From sequence record OR352958.1: a stretch of DNA of 64,000 nucleotides. The stretch is one strand, 5' to 3'. The stretch's first letter is position 1, and each line of letters begins with the position of its first letter. The notes beneath the pieces were generated by a model. The model was not told the DNA's origin. It worked only from the letters and a program-made list of their open reading frames with translations, and did no database searches. The DNA is from Escherichia phage AV128. Below are positions 35,969 to 45,157 of this stretch, in pieces. The translations under genes were made by a program, and so were the position numbers.

Positions 35969-36829
35969 ATGTCTAAGAAAGAAACTACCGAAGTTGCAGC
36001 GAAAAACACCCAGATGTCCGCTATGGCTGATTTTGTCGACATGACCGATTTTGGCGCTGGTTTTGAAGGTGCCGATGCCGATGCGTATGCCATTCCTTTT
36101 ATCGTCGTCCTGCAGAAGATGTCTCCTATGGTCGACGAAGATGATCCAAAACACGTTCCTGGTGCAAAAGCTGGCATGCTTTACAACACCGTAACGGGTG
36201 AGTTGTACGACGGAAAGAAAGGCGTTCAGATCATTCCTTGCGCATTCAAACGCACCTTCATCCTTTGGGGCGGTCGCGAATCCGATGATAAAGGCTTCAA
36301 AGGTGAATTTACTAAAGAGCATGTTGACGCAGAAGTCGCGGCAGGCCGCGCTGTTGAAATCAACGGTAAGGTCTTTGTGCCGGACGAAAATGGCAAGGTG
36401 CACGAGAAGAAATCACCTTACTACGCTGATACGCGCAACCACTTTGTGATCCTTTTGAACGAAGAAACAGGCGAATTTGGCAGCGCCATGCTTTCCCTGA
36501 CTTCTTCAATGATCAAGCCGTCTCGCATGCTGATGACCGCGCTTCAGCAGAAGAAAGTTCAGACTCCACAAGGTCTGAAAACGCCGCCGACCTTTATGAA
36601 CATTGTTCGCATGGGCACTGCATCTCAGTCCAAAGACGGCAACACCTGGTCAGTTCTTAAGTTTGAGCTGGAAGGTCTGGTGCAGGATAAAGGTCTGTAC
36701 GAAGTCGCTAAAGCATTCCACAACGACGTAGTTGGCGGCAACGTTAACATTGACCGCAGCAAGCAGGAAGAAGCAAGCGGTGCCGCTGGTCCTGTCAATG
36801 AAACTCCTACCGACGCAGAAGAGTTTTAA
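35969..36829 (+). CDS. possible ssDNA-binding protein (acidic C-terminal tail ending in Phe)
   Basis: C-terminus TPTDAEEF resembles SSB acidic tails; function by analogy only. Confidence 0.35.
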   Translation: MSKKETTEVAAKNTQMSAMADFVDMTDFGAGFEGADADAYAIPFIVVLQKMSPMVDEDDPKHVPGAKAGMLYNTVTGELYDGKKGVQIIPCAFKRTFILWGGRESDDKGFKGEFTKEHVDAEVAAGRAVEINGKVFVPDENGKVHEKKSPYYADTRNHFVILLNEETGEFGSAMLSLTSSMIKPSRMLMTALQQKKVQTPQGLKTPPTFMNIVRMGTASQSKDGNTWSVLKFELEGLVQDKGLYEVAKAFHNDVVGGNVNIDRSKQEEASGAAGPVNETPTDAEEF

Positions 36830-36848
36830 TCGACAATCAAATCAACAA

Positions 36849-36874
36849 GGCTGCCGATTGGCAGCCTTTTATTT
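36849..36874 (+). terminator. Rho-independent terminator
   Basis: Perfect stem ggctgcc/ggcagcc, loop gatt, T-rich tail. Confidence 0.6.
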
Positions 36875-36886
36875 ATCTGGTGCATC

Positions 36887-37405
36887 ATGATAGAAAGAAT
36901 TGTACCGCTCTTGAAGATTCTGGCCCTTGTTGGCGCGTTTGCCGCTGGATCATACGTTGAAGACCTGCAGCAAACCAACGCATCACTGGCCAAGGATAAT
37001 CAATATCTGACATCGCTTAATGAGCGTAAGGACAAGATAAATGCACTCGAAGAGCAAATTGCATCTTTACAGGTTGAATCGGCATCGGCATATGAGAAAG
37101 GTCGCCAGGAAGCGCAACAGGTTGCTGATGACACTATTGCTCGTTACAAGTCTGGGAATATCAAGTTGCGCGCGCAACTCAGCTGCTCCCGTGAGTTACT
37201 CAGGAGTATGCCCGACTCTGCGACCACTGGACGCCTCTCTATCCCAGAAGGAAACTGTGGACTATCAGAAGAGGATGTCAGATTTCTTGTTCAGTTCGCC
37301 GCAGAAACAAATCGATTAAAAGAGAAAGTTAATAGCTTGATTGATACTTATAATCAGGCTAAAATAAAAATCGATCAATTCAATGCATCAAAGGAAAATA
37401 AATGA
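36887..37405 (+). CDS. Rz: i-spanin (Rz-like inner-membrane spanin)
   Basis: N-terminal TM helix, long coiled coil, embedded lipoprotein ORF in +1 frame. Confidence 0.6.
   Translation: MIERIVPLLKILALVGAFAAGSYVEDLQQTNASLAKDNQYLTSLNERKDKINALEEQIASLQVESASAYEKGRQEAQQVADDTIARYKSGNIKLRAQLSCSRELLRSMPDSATTGRLSIPEGNCGLSEEDVRFLVQFAAETNRLKEKVNSLIDTYNQAKIKIDQFNASKENK
37092..37319 (+). CDS. Rz1: o-spanin (Rz1-like outer-membrane lipoprotein) embedded in i-spanin
   Basis: Basic n-region, hydrophobic core, lipobox ISSC, Pro-rich mature part; wholly inside 36887-37405. Confidence 0.55.
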   Translation: MRKVARKRNRLLMTLLLVTSLGISSCARNSAAPVSYSGVCPTLRPLDASLSQKETVDYQKRMSDFLFSSPQKQID

Positions 37406-38025
37406 AACAGATTTATGCAAACATTCGCCAGTGGGCTTCTGACCGTAACATCATCCAAGGTTGCGACCTTAAGGACCAATACCCGAAGCTTATCAGCGAG
37501 TTCGGGGAGTTAACCGACCACGTTGATCAACTCCATGACCTTGTGTTCTTCGACCCTGAAATTGGATATACAGAGCAAGCCATCTGTGACTTGCAGGCAG
37601 CAATTAAGGACGACATCGGCGATTGCCTTGTTGTGTTGACCATCCTGGCAGCGCAAAACGGTACTGAAATCGAAAACATTAATGGCGGCGGTTGCGCTGA
37701 TAAAGGTGCTCACCCTCATTCATTTATCCTTCGCCTGGCAAAGACCCTTGGACGACTTGGTGATGCAATCGCTAAGAATCAGACCATGGATATTGACGTG
37801 ACCATCATGGCCGCAGTCGATTACCTTTCCGGCGTAGCGCATGATTATGGCCTTCGCTTATCCGACTGTGCGCAAGCGGCCTACGAAGACATCAAGGACC
37901 GCAAAGGTGTCATGTACAACGGAACGTTCATCAAATCTACTGATCCAGCTTATGAGCACTCCTGCAAAATGGTAAAGAAGCTGGAACTTGAAGACCGTGT
38001 GATCAGAGAAGTTACAGGACAATAA
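37402..38025 (+). CDS. MazG-like all-alpha nucleoside triphosphate pyrophosphohydrolase
   Basis: EFGELTDHV and DDIGDCLVVL resemble MazG/HisE metal-binding motifs. Confidence 0.5.
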   Translation: MKQIYANIRQWASDRNIIQGCDLKDQYPKLISEFGELTDHVDQLHDLVFFDPEIGYTEQAICDLQAAIKDDIGDCLVVLTILAAQNGTEIENINGGGCADKGAHPHSFILRLAKTLGRLGDAIAKNQTMDIDVTIMAAVDYLSGVAHDYGLRLSDCAQAAYEDIKDRKGVMYNGTFIKSTDPAYEHSCKMVKKLELEDRVIREVTGQ

Positions 38026-38027
38026 TT

Positions 38028-38990
38028 ATGACAGCATTAAAACCAATGAAGGGTTGCCAACGTAAGCAGATTATCGAGCGCGGCGAGGACGTGCCGCTGC
38101 CTTGCGGACTGTCATTCAAGGTCGATGGCATACGTGCAATGGCGTATGACAAATTGCCAATGGGCACTTCCGGCATGCCGTTGCGCAATGTTCAAATCAA
38201 AAAAGAGTTCCTCTTCTTGGGTGAATTAATTCACGGACTTGATGGAGAGCTAATCGACGGCAATCCGAATGACAAGAACGTCATGCAACAGGCCTATACT
38301 GCATGCATGAATACTGATGCAATCACTAACTTTACATGGTGGGTGTTTGATGACTTCAGCGACCCTGATTTGCCTTTTGAAAAGCGTTATGCAAACTATC
38401 GAGCTAGAGTTGCTGAGGTCAATCAGCATCTCATCAACCATGGTCGACGCCCATTCCTTCGCGCTCTCGAATATCGAAACATCGAAAATATGGAACAGTA
38501 CGCGGCGATGCAAATCGAAGCAGACCAGCTTGGATATGAAGGCTTGTATGGCAAGTCTTGGACGGGCAAATACAAGCATGGCCGCGCAACGCCAAAGTCA
38601 CGTGATGTATGGAAGGACAAGCCGTGGACGGATGAAGAAGGATTGATCATAGACTTCGTTGAGATGATGGAGAACAACAACGAAGCATTCATTGACGAAT
38701 TGGGTCGCACCAAGCGTTCAAAAGAGGCTGAAGGTTTAGTTGCGAAAGGATACCTTGGCTCATTCGTAGTCGTCAATCCAAAATATGTGGATGAGAAAGG
38801 TGAAATGATTCCTTTCCGCGTCTCCGCTGGTTCGATGCCTATGGCAGAGAGAAAAATGCTTTGGGAGAATCGCGAGAACTATCGCGATAAATACCTGACA
38901 TACAAATTCTTTAACTTTGGCATCGTTGACGTGCCGCGCTCTGCTTTGTATAAATGCTTCCGTGATATTACCGATATGGAGTATTTTTAA
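38028..38990 (+). CDS. ATP-dependent DNA ligase
   Basis: Motif I KVDGIR (KxDGxR adenylation site); EGLIID and later Lys-rich blocks; 320 aa. Confidence 0.65.
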   Translation: MTALKPMKGCQRKQIIERGEDVPLPCGLSFKVDGIRAMAYDKLPMGTSGMPLRNVQIKKEFLFLGELIHGLDGELIDGNPNDKNVMQQAYTACMNTDAITNFTWWVFDDFSDPDLPFEKRYANYRARVAEVNQHLINHGRRPFLRALEYRNIENMEQYAAMQIEADQLGYEGLYGKSWTGKYKHGRATPKSRDVWKDKPWTDEEGLIIDFVEMMENNNEAFIDELGRTKRSKEAEGLVAKGYLGSFVVVNPKYVDEKGEMIPFRVSAGSMPMAERKMLWENRENYRDKYLTYKFFNFGIVDVPRSALYKCFRDITDMEYF

Positions 38991-39166
38991 GACACTAGAT
39001 AAATAATTGGTGCGGATAATCTATCGCGTTGTTTTATAGAATTTAATATACAGTGTATACATAAAGCCGGAAATCTCCGGCTTTTCTTTTATTTACCTTT
39101 CGCCTTATTTACTTTCAAAACCTTCGGCCTATACTATTAATATTCGTAATCAAAAGGTGAATTATA

Positions 39167-39709
39167 ATGAAATCGAAAACTTTAAAGATTGTTTTGATCA
39201 CCATCATGGCTATGCTGACAGTCTTGTTCTTCACCAAAAGTGCAGCGGCTGAAAGTATGTTTACGCCGCCAAATAGTAATGCCAAAGTGTTAACGAGATA
39301 TTTTAACAACGGCCAATCGTTCGAATTTTGCTGGAACAAATATGATGTGATAAAGGAAAGGTTTGATAAGGAAAAGATGTGCGTAATGAATGATCGCGGT
39401 CGCCAAGTCGTTTCGTTTGTGTTCGGAATGTCAATTGCAAAAGTTGATGCCGCTGAAATCGTTGTCAGGTATAATACATTGGACAGCGGCCTTGTCGACA
39501 AGACATACCCTGTTGCAGTAGACAGCAGGACAGGCGGCGCACTCATACTCACTCCAGAAGATAAATCAGATGTCGTTAACATGCTCATCAACAGCAAAGA
39601 CGTAATCGTGTTTTATCATGTTGAAGGCGTATCAGACTACCAAATGGCCTACTATCCACTGCCCTTAAGAGATGCTTCAGGTAATGTTAAGACACAGGAT
39701 GTGCGTTGA
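39167..39709 (+). CDS. secreted protein (signal peptide)
   Basis: N-terminal MKSKTLKIVLITIMAMLTVLFFTKSAAAES signal-like segment. Confidence 0.5.
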   Translation: MKSKTLKIVLITIMAMLTVLFFTKSAAAESMFTPPNSNAKVLTRYFNNGQSFEFCWNKYDVIKERFDKEKMCVMNDRGRQVVSFVFGMSIAKVDAAEIVVRYNTLDSGLVDKTYPVAVDSRTGGALILTPEDKSDVVNMLINSKDVIVFYHVEGVSDYQMAYYPLPLRDASGNVKTQDVR

Positions 39710-39723
39710 CATGGGTGGTAGTT

Positions 39724-39936
39724 ATGCAGAAAGATTTGGAAGAAAACAAAAGGCTGAAAAAGGCTTTGACGTCTCAAATCTTGTCCCTGTTGGTAAAGCT
39801 TATTGGGGAGTCAATCAGCAACAAGGTGGCACGGGCCGCGATTGTTGGCGTGATTGGCATGGCGGGGTATTACTTCGACTTGCCAGACATTGATACAAGT
39901 TCCGCGCCGCCCGTCCAGGTTGAAGCCGTAAAATAA
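39724..39936 (+). CDS. small single-pass membrane protein (holin candidate)
   Basis: ATG 39724 with GGTGG RBS; one TM segment AAIVGVIGMAGYYF; track start 39706 is TTG. Confidence 0.3.
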   Translation: MQKDLEENKRLKKALTSQILSLLVKLIGESISNKVARAAIVGVIGMAGYYFDLPDIDTSSAPPVQVEAVK

Positions 39937-39962
39937 ACAAAGGCCCATATGGGCCTTTTTCT
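39934..39962. terminator. bidirectional Rho-independent terminator between convergent blocks
   Basis: Stem aggccc/gggcct with atat loop, A-run upstream and T-run downstream. Confidence 0.7.
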
Positions 39963-40606
39963 TACATAACTGCTAGTGCATCCTTGTAACGCTTCCGTCG
40001 CAAATCTCCATGGTTAGCCGTATTCGGCGCGGCCCCGTTAATCCGCTTCACAGTCGAATCAAATGCGCCAGCATCAGCAATTGGAATGCAACCGCTGTTC
40101 TTGAAGAACCATGCCGCGCTGTCAGCGATGTATTTCGGCTCAGTCAAAATGTCAGGGTTATTCAGTGCATCATACCCTGATTGCTTTGAATACTCTGCAT
40201 AGTTAGCCTTTCCAGTCAGCTGAATGGCACCACGGCCACGGTACTTCCAACCGTCTCCCGATGCTACCGAACCGTTGCCCATGCGGTTTGCATATGTATT
40301 ATTGGCGATTTCCATTGGTTTACGGGCAATCGACAATGCCAAGGAGTTGGGTGCACCGCCGAAACGACCGCTGGCGCTGTAACGGCTAGGCCATGTATTA
40401 GCAAGACCTTGAGCGGAATAATTCAAGTTTTCCACAAATGTCTTCAGACTGCCTGTTTCCACTCCTACGTTTGCAAGCAGCGCCGCGATGGCATTCTTGC
40501 TTTTGATTCCGTAGTGCTCACAAGCCTGCTTGAAAGGGTCCAACCACTTCTCTGCGACATCCATGCTGCATCCGGTCCCTTTAGATATTACGTTTGCATT
40601 AATCAT
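39962..40606 (-). CDS. endolysin, glycoside hydrolase family 19 (chitinase-like)
   Basis: YRGRGAIQLTGKANY and surrounding blocks typical of GH19 phage lysins; AAGGTGA RBS. Confidence 0.75.
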   Translation of the reverse strand: MINANVISKGTGCSMDVAEKWLDPFKQACEHYGIKSKNAIAALLANVGVETGSLKTFVENLNYSAQGLANTWPSRYSASGRFGGAPNSLALSIARKPMEIANNTYANRMGNGSVASGDGWKYRGRGAIQLTGKANYAEYSKQSGYDALNNPDILTEPKYIADSAAWFFKNSGCIPIADAGAFDSTVKRINGAAPNTANHGDLRRKRYKDALAVM

Positions 40607-40614
40607 AAATCACC

Positions 40615-42402
40615 TTATGCGCTTCTGTACCAGCCGTTCAAGACGACATATCGCGGCAGAGTTGAAACAGCCGTTGGAACGGACTGTCCTGCATTGCCAG
40701 TGTTACCGACCACATCGTGAGTGTGAGCGGGTAGGGTATAGCCATGGCTGTGATTGCCAGCATAATTTATATTCAACCCATGAGTGTGTGACCCAGAGGA
40801 TTGAATATTGTGGACGTGGTTGCCGTTAGTCGAGGTGTTGTATTTGTAGTTGTCCCAGTCGCCGCCCTTTCGACTACCGAAGTTGTTGTGCGTCCCATCA
40901 TAAACGCCGTACCGCGCATCGCTAGTATTGGCTTCACCCCAGCTGCTGTCATGGTGATGGTTGCCTGCCGTATCCATTCCATGCACGTGAGCACCGTTTT
41001 GGCTTGTATCACCTGTGTGGTTATGGTTGCCTGCGTCTCCAGTTGTATTGGACCATGGACCACTTTGTCGCGTGGTAATGTTCACGCTGTGATTGTGGAG
41101 AGGAAGCATTGCAGCGGTGAGAGTAACAGAGTCCGCGCCGCCAGTGGCAAGACCGTTTCGCGCCGCTCCAGATGTTCTGATAACCATGTTATCAGGCAGT
41201 CGTGTCCATACCTGACCGTAAGCGCCCAGTTTAGTATTTGGGTCTGTGCCGTTGGTCAGGAATCGAGTCTCACCTACTTCGAATACGTCACCCATAGTGA
41301 TCAACTTCGCAGCCAAAGCATCGAGTTGGCGCTTTGTAACAAACTGTTGCGGCTCAGTAGCGTCAACGCCGATTTGCGCCGCGCCAAACGCCTGAAGGAG
41401 ACGCCAAACAGTGCCGTCATAAATGATGGTGAATGGCAACAAGCCTACGATAGCGCCAGCTGGTAACTCGCCGCCGTCGAATCCAAGAACGGCAACTTTG
41501 TTTACACCAATGGTCACGGTGACAGGTCCGGTAGTAGTCACGTCATTGACGATGGTCAAACGACTACCCGCAGAAGGTGGCCATGAATACCCTGCTGGAA
41601 CGGTGAGGATTATATCTTGCGCGCCTTTACCAGATGCAAGGTTTGGAGTTCCGATTTGCACGTCTTGAACAGTGGCATTTTGAATCCAAGCACTCCAAGC
41701 ACCAGAAGTGTAAGAGCGAGTAAACAAATAGCCATTCATTGATGTATATTGCTGCAGCGCAAACGTTTGTGCATCGACCTGCCAAGCGCAAACCTGAAGG
41801 CGACCTGCAACCTTCGTCGCGCCAACCGCATTCGGAATATTAGAGCACAAAGCGGCAACGGCATCGGATTGAATGACGATAGTTGTGGAAGTCGTAATAT
41901 TATCGAAGTCCACAAAACTTGAAATCAATCCGCGAACGAAGTACGGGTTTTGCGCATCGCCGCCGGCAGGCATCGGAATGTATTTTCGCGCTTCGCTGGG
42001 CAGCGTTAATTCCTGCCAAGATTCCGTTTCTCCGTTAGCTGGTACGGCGCTTGTGTTGCCGTCGACCACGCTTTGAAAGATGCGCCACTCAGGCGCTGAA
42101 GGTGTTCCAGAGTTGCTGACAACAATGGCGTTTTTCGGGTATCCATCCGGCTTCAAGTCAGAAGAGAAATACTGTTGAGCGCCATGATCTTGAATAAACA
42201 TAAGGTTGTCTGTAATCAAATTCAGCAACCAGTTCATCGATTCGCGCTCAACAGCCTTCGCGGCGACGTTTCCGGCCTCCAGCGCAAGCGCATAGTCAGG
42301 GGTGTAGCCGCGCTGGAAGTTCACATAACCGCTTGGGCTTGCATCCGGCACCACGGATACATCACCGCTTTGCGCGAAAGGTCTGTTAATAAGTGTTGGC
42401 AT
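40615..42402 (-). CDS. tail fibre with His-x-His repeats in C-terminal domain
   Basis: C-terminal GNHNHTGD, GAHVHG, GNHHHD, GNHVHN, GSHTHG, GNHSHG, AHTHD repeats; ATG 42402 with GAGGAA RBS. Confidence 0.75.
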   Translation of the reverse strand: MPTLINRPFAQSGDVSVVPDASPSGYVNFQRGYTPDYALALEAGNVAAKAVERESMNWLLNLITDNLMFIQDHGAQQYFSSDLKPDGYPKNAIVVSNSGTPSAPEWRIFQSVVDGNTSAVPANGETESWQELTLPSEARKYIPMPAGGDAQNPYFVRGLISSFVDFDNITTSTTIVIQSDAVAALCSNIPNAVGATKVAGRLQVCAWQVDAQTFALQQYTSMNGYLFTRSYTSGAWSAWIQNATVQDVQIGTPNLASGKGAQDIILTVPAGYSWPPSAGSRLTIVNDVTTTGPVTVTIGVNKVAVLGFDGGELPAGAIVGLLPFTIIYDGTVWRLLQAFGAAQIGVDATEPQQFVTKRQLDALAAKLITMGDVFEVGETRFLTNGTDPNTKLGAYGQVWTRLPDNMVIRTSGAARNGLATGGADSVTLTAAMLPLHNHSVNITTRQSGPWSNTTGDAGNHNHTGDTSQNGAHVHGMDTAGNHHHDSSWGEANTSDARYGVYDGTHNNFGSRKGGDWDNYKYNTSTNGNHVHNIQSSGSHTHGLNINYAGNHSHGYTLPAHTHDVVGNTGNAGQSVPTAVSTLPRYVVLNGWYRSA

Positions 42403-42412
42403 TGCCGTTCCT

Positions 42413-45151
42413 CTACACGATGTATTTAATTTTTGATAAAAGGGTTGATGCCCAATCACCAGTTAAGTCAGTTATATTCATGCTTGAAACATAACCACCA
42501 GCAGCACTTCTTGGAAAGTTTACTGTCGCTACAACATCCCCATTCGAAGCTATCAATTGAACTCCAGTCGCCAGCGACCCTGGGTTTTTGATGTATATAG
42601 AAGTTGCAGTTTTCTTTGCAAAGTCTTCGCTTGTTGAAATCGCAAGCGCATTCATCGTATTACCAGAAACAAGCATCAAGCTTAAAATATCAAGTTCAAG
42701 AGTCGTACCAACTTCGGTCGGCAAGTCTTTCCCTGATATCAAGCCAATGCTTATTCCACCTGTCGAACCATCCCAAGTCGTTCCTGCAACAATCTCAGCG
42801 GCAAGGTCAACTTCGATACGTTGCAAATCACCTGCGCCTATGCTGTAGAATTTAGGGATATAGCCGCCCATACCATCCGGTACGGTTACGAAAAGTTTTT
42901 GACCGTTTACCGTGTTGTTTTTAACTATTGCGATAAATGACAAAGGACCAGTCAGGCTGCCAGTGTATTTAGTAGCAAGTACAGCGCGTGCATAACCGGA
43001 CGCTGGCACAGTTCCTATTGTAGCGGAAAGCTTGAATGATGGGAACTGGTTGGGCACACCGCTGATTGGCGTCACCGTTACCGTGTTAGCTCCGTCCTTG
43101 ACGATATTGCCAAAAGATGTACCGTCATTGGGCTGTGTGTATCGCCAGTAGTTAGTGATCGCAGCACGTGGGATTTCGCGACCAAAATCATCTCTTGAAG
43201 CTTTTGAGATTGAATAGTCGTTGACAAGCGCGCCATCGATAACTTGGTTAACACCTTTCAAAGCCTCAAGTTGTCTTATGACACCGTTAAAGTTGTTCAA
43301 CGGCCACTCGTTAATGCCGCCAACTCTGATGATCCCGTCAGTGTTAATCCATGCAACACCTTCCGTTTCGAATCCTACTCGCGTGTCTGTTATGTTGCTG
43401 ACAGTCAAATCAATATCAGATAAGTCTGCGACTTCTTGGTAAAGCTGCCAACGTATTCCGGCATTTGCTGGCAAGAATCCTTCATTCCTGTCGCCAACTA
43501 GCGTCTTAAAGTTGTCGGATAAGTTGTTGGCGAAATAAGGCCCGATGACATATTCCATGTAATAGTCAGCGGTCGGCGGCGGCGGTACGCCGTCCAATCG
43601 GCTAACGTTCCATGAGCGTCTGATGCCGTCAGTCTCTGCAATCAATGTTGCGTTTCCTGGGTACGGGTAGCCGCCGATTGAACCAGAGTACGCAAGTGAT
43701 GACCCAGGCTGCATAAATGACTCGCCCACCACGCCATTTCTTGTCGTCAACGGACCGTTTGCGCAAGAAATGTTGTTGAGCGTTCCTGCCGTAACAGACA
43801 AAATTGCTGTGCCATCTGCAGGCGGATTTTGAGTCCCATAGAAATAAGGCTCAGGCCCATTAGGATTCTGAACAGGGTCGCAAACACAAATTGAGTATCC
43901 AAAAAGAAGCGCATCAGACCCTTCAGGCAATTCGCGAGTCTGAGTTGATCCAGCGGCAGTTGCTTTCAACTCAATTGAAAAGCTTGTGTTTACCCCAGCT
44001 GTCGCGTTCGCAGTTTGTTCTACAATCCAGATTCTGTACCAATCGCCGCCGATTGCCTTGATGCCACCACGGTTTGATTCCCTTCTCACACCGTCGAACT
44101 TGCCTGTGATGAAATAACTCAAAGAAGAGTCAAGGTTGAACTGTCCAGTCACTGGGTCGAAAAGTTTTCCATTACTCGATGCATCACTGTTCTCTGTTAC
44201 GGAAACAGAAGCCACGTTTTCAGAAAGCACTTTTATGTAGAAGCTATAGCAAACGTTGACACCAGCCTGAGAAGGAAGCGCAATAGATTGGGCGCTTGGA
44301 TTACTGGCCAAAGAATACACAGGCTCGCCGCTGGAAGCGGTCTTGATGACCCGTACTGCGTTGGCGAAATTCTCTATGGCTTCTCCTGGGTAATCACCAC
44401 ACAGTTGGCCGTAATAGTCAGGGCCGCCATATTGGCGTGTATCACCGCCGACAATACCAGTGCCGGACCCGTTACCCCATGAATACCAGTCTGGGTGCGC
44501 CATTCGCGAAACGGTCCCTGCCACCCCACTTATGGTAAGTCCTGCGTTGTTGCCGTGACTCAAAAGAATTTGTTTATAATCGTGTTGAATCTCAGTTGAC
44601 CCCTGCCAGTCGTACAGAAGGAATGAACCGTTTGTTGATTCAGAAGAAGACACCGCGCCTTGAGTATTGTCTGTCACGTATGCATAGCGCGATGAAGAGT
44701 AATCCCAATCTTCTCCACGGTTAAAAATCCACTTAAGCATACGGTTGATGCTTTCGATGCGGCCATCACTTGTAAGCGTCAGATAACGAAGCTTTAGAAG
44801 GATGCGCGCTTCTTCAATGTTTTTCACAACCTTTCCGCCAGCACCAAAGAAGTTGCCGCCGATATTGTCCGTCCCTTCAAAGTTGTCGCGTGTTGGCCCG
44901 AATGCCCAGTTGTGCTCATAGTTACTTAAGTCAACAAAATCCCTTGGTATGCATAGGATGTCGCACCAAATATAGATGCCCATTGCATCGCAAGTATCAA
45001 TGTTGAATATGTTTTTGTACCAGTCAATCCAAAACTGATCTTGATATCGCTCATACCAGTCACTCTTCTTCTGAACTAAAGATGTGATGTTTGGCGCGTT
45101 GTTTTGCATCCACTTAAGGTTTTGCAACAGGTTTGTGTCAAACTTTTGCAT
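42413..45151 (-). CDS. large tail/baseplate structural protein (912 aa)
   Basis: Position between baseplate-like gene and fibre; GAGGAA RBS. Confidence 0.5.
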   Translation of the reverse strand: MQKFDTNLLQNLKWMQNNAPNITSLVQKKSDWYERYQDQFWIDWYKNIFNIDTCDAMGIYIWCDILCIPRDFVDLSNYEHNWAFGPTRDNFEGTDNIGGNFFGAGGKVVKNIEEARILLKLRYLTLTSDGRIESINRMLKWIFNRGEDWDYSSSRYAYVTDNTQGAVSSSESTNGSFLLYDWQGSTEIQHDYKQILLSHGNNAGLTISGVAGTVSRMAHPDWYSWGNGSGTGIVGGDTRQYGGPDYYGQLCGDYPGEAIENFANAVRVIKTASSGEPVYSLASNPSAQSIALPSQAGVNVCYSFYIKVLSENVASVSVTENSDASSNGKLFDPVTGQFNLDSSLSYFITGKFDGVRRESNRGGIKAIGGDWYRIWIVEQTANATAGVNTSFSIELKATAAGSTQTRELPEGSDALLFGYSICVCDPVQNPNGPEPYFYGTQNPPADGTAILSVTAGTLNNISCANGPLTTRNGVVGESFMQPGSSLAYSGSIGGYPYPGNATLIAETDGIRRSWNVSRLDGVPPPPTADYYMEYVIGPYFANNLSDNFKTLVGDRNEGFLPANAGIRWQLYQEVADLSDIDLTVSNITDTRVGFETEGVAWINTDGIIRVGGINEWPLNNFNGVIRQLEALKGVNQVIDGALVNDYSISKASRDDFGREIPRAAITNYWRYTQPNDGTSFGNIVKDGANTVTVTPISGVPNQFPSFKLSATIGTVPASGYARAVLATKYTGSLTGPLSFIAIVKNNTVNGQKLFVTVPDGMGGYIPKFYSIGAGDLQRIEVDLAAEIVAGTTWDGSTGGISIGLISGKDLPTEVGTTLELDILSLMLVSGNTMNALAISTSEDFAKKTATSIYIKNPGSLATGVQLIASNGDVVATVNFPRSAAGGYVSSMNITDLTGDWASTLLSKIKYIV

Positions 45152-45157
45152 AGTTCC

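Noticed and set aside
40801-41466. 221-aa plus-strand ORF antisense to the HxH tail fibre gene
   Set aside because: Antisense to a gene with strong repeat signature; no RBS and odd composition.
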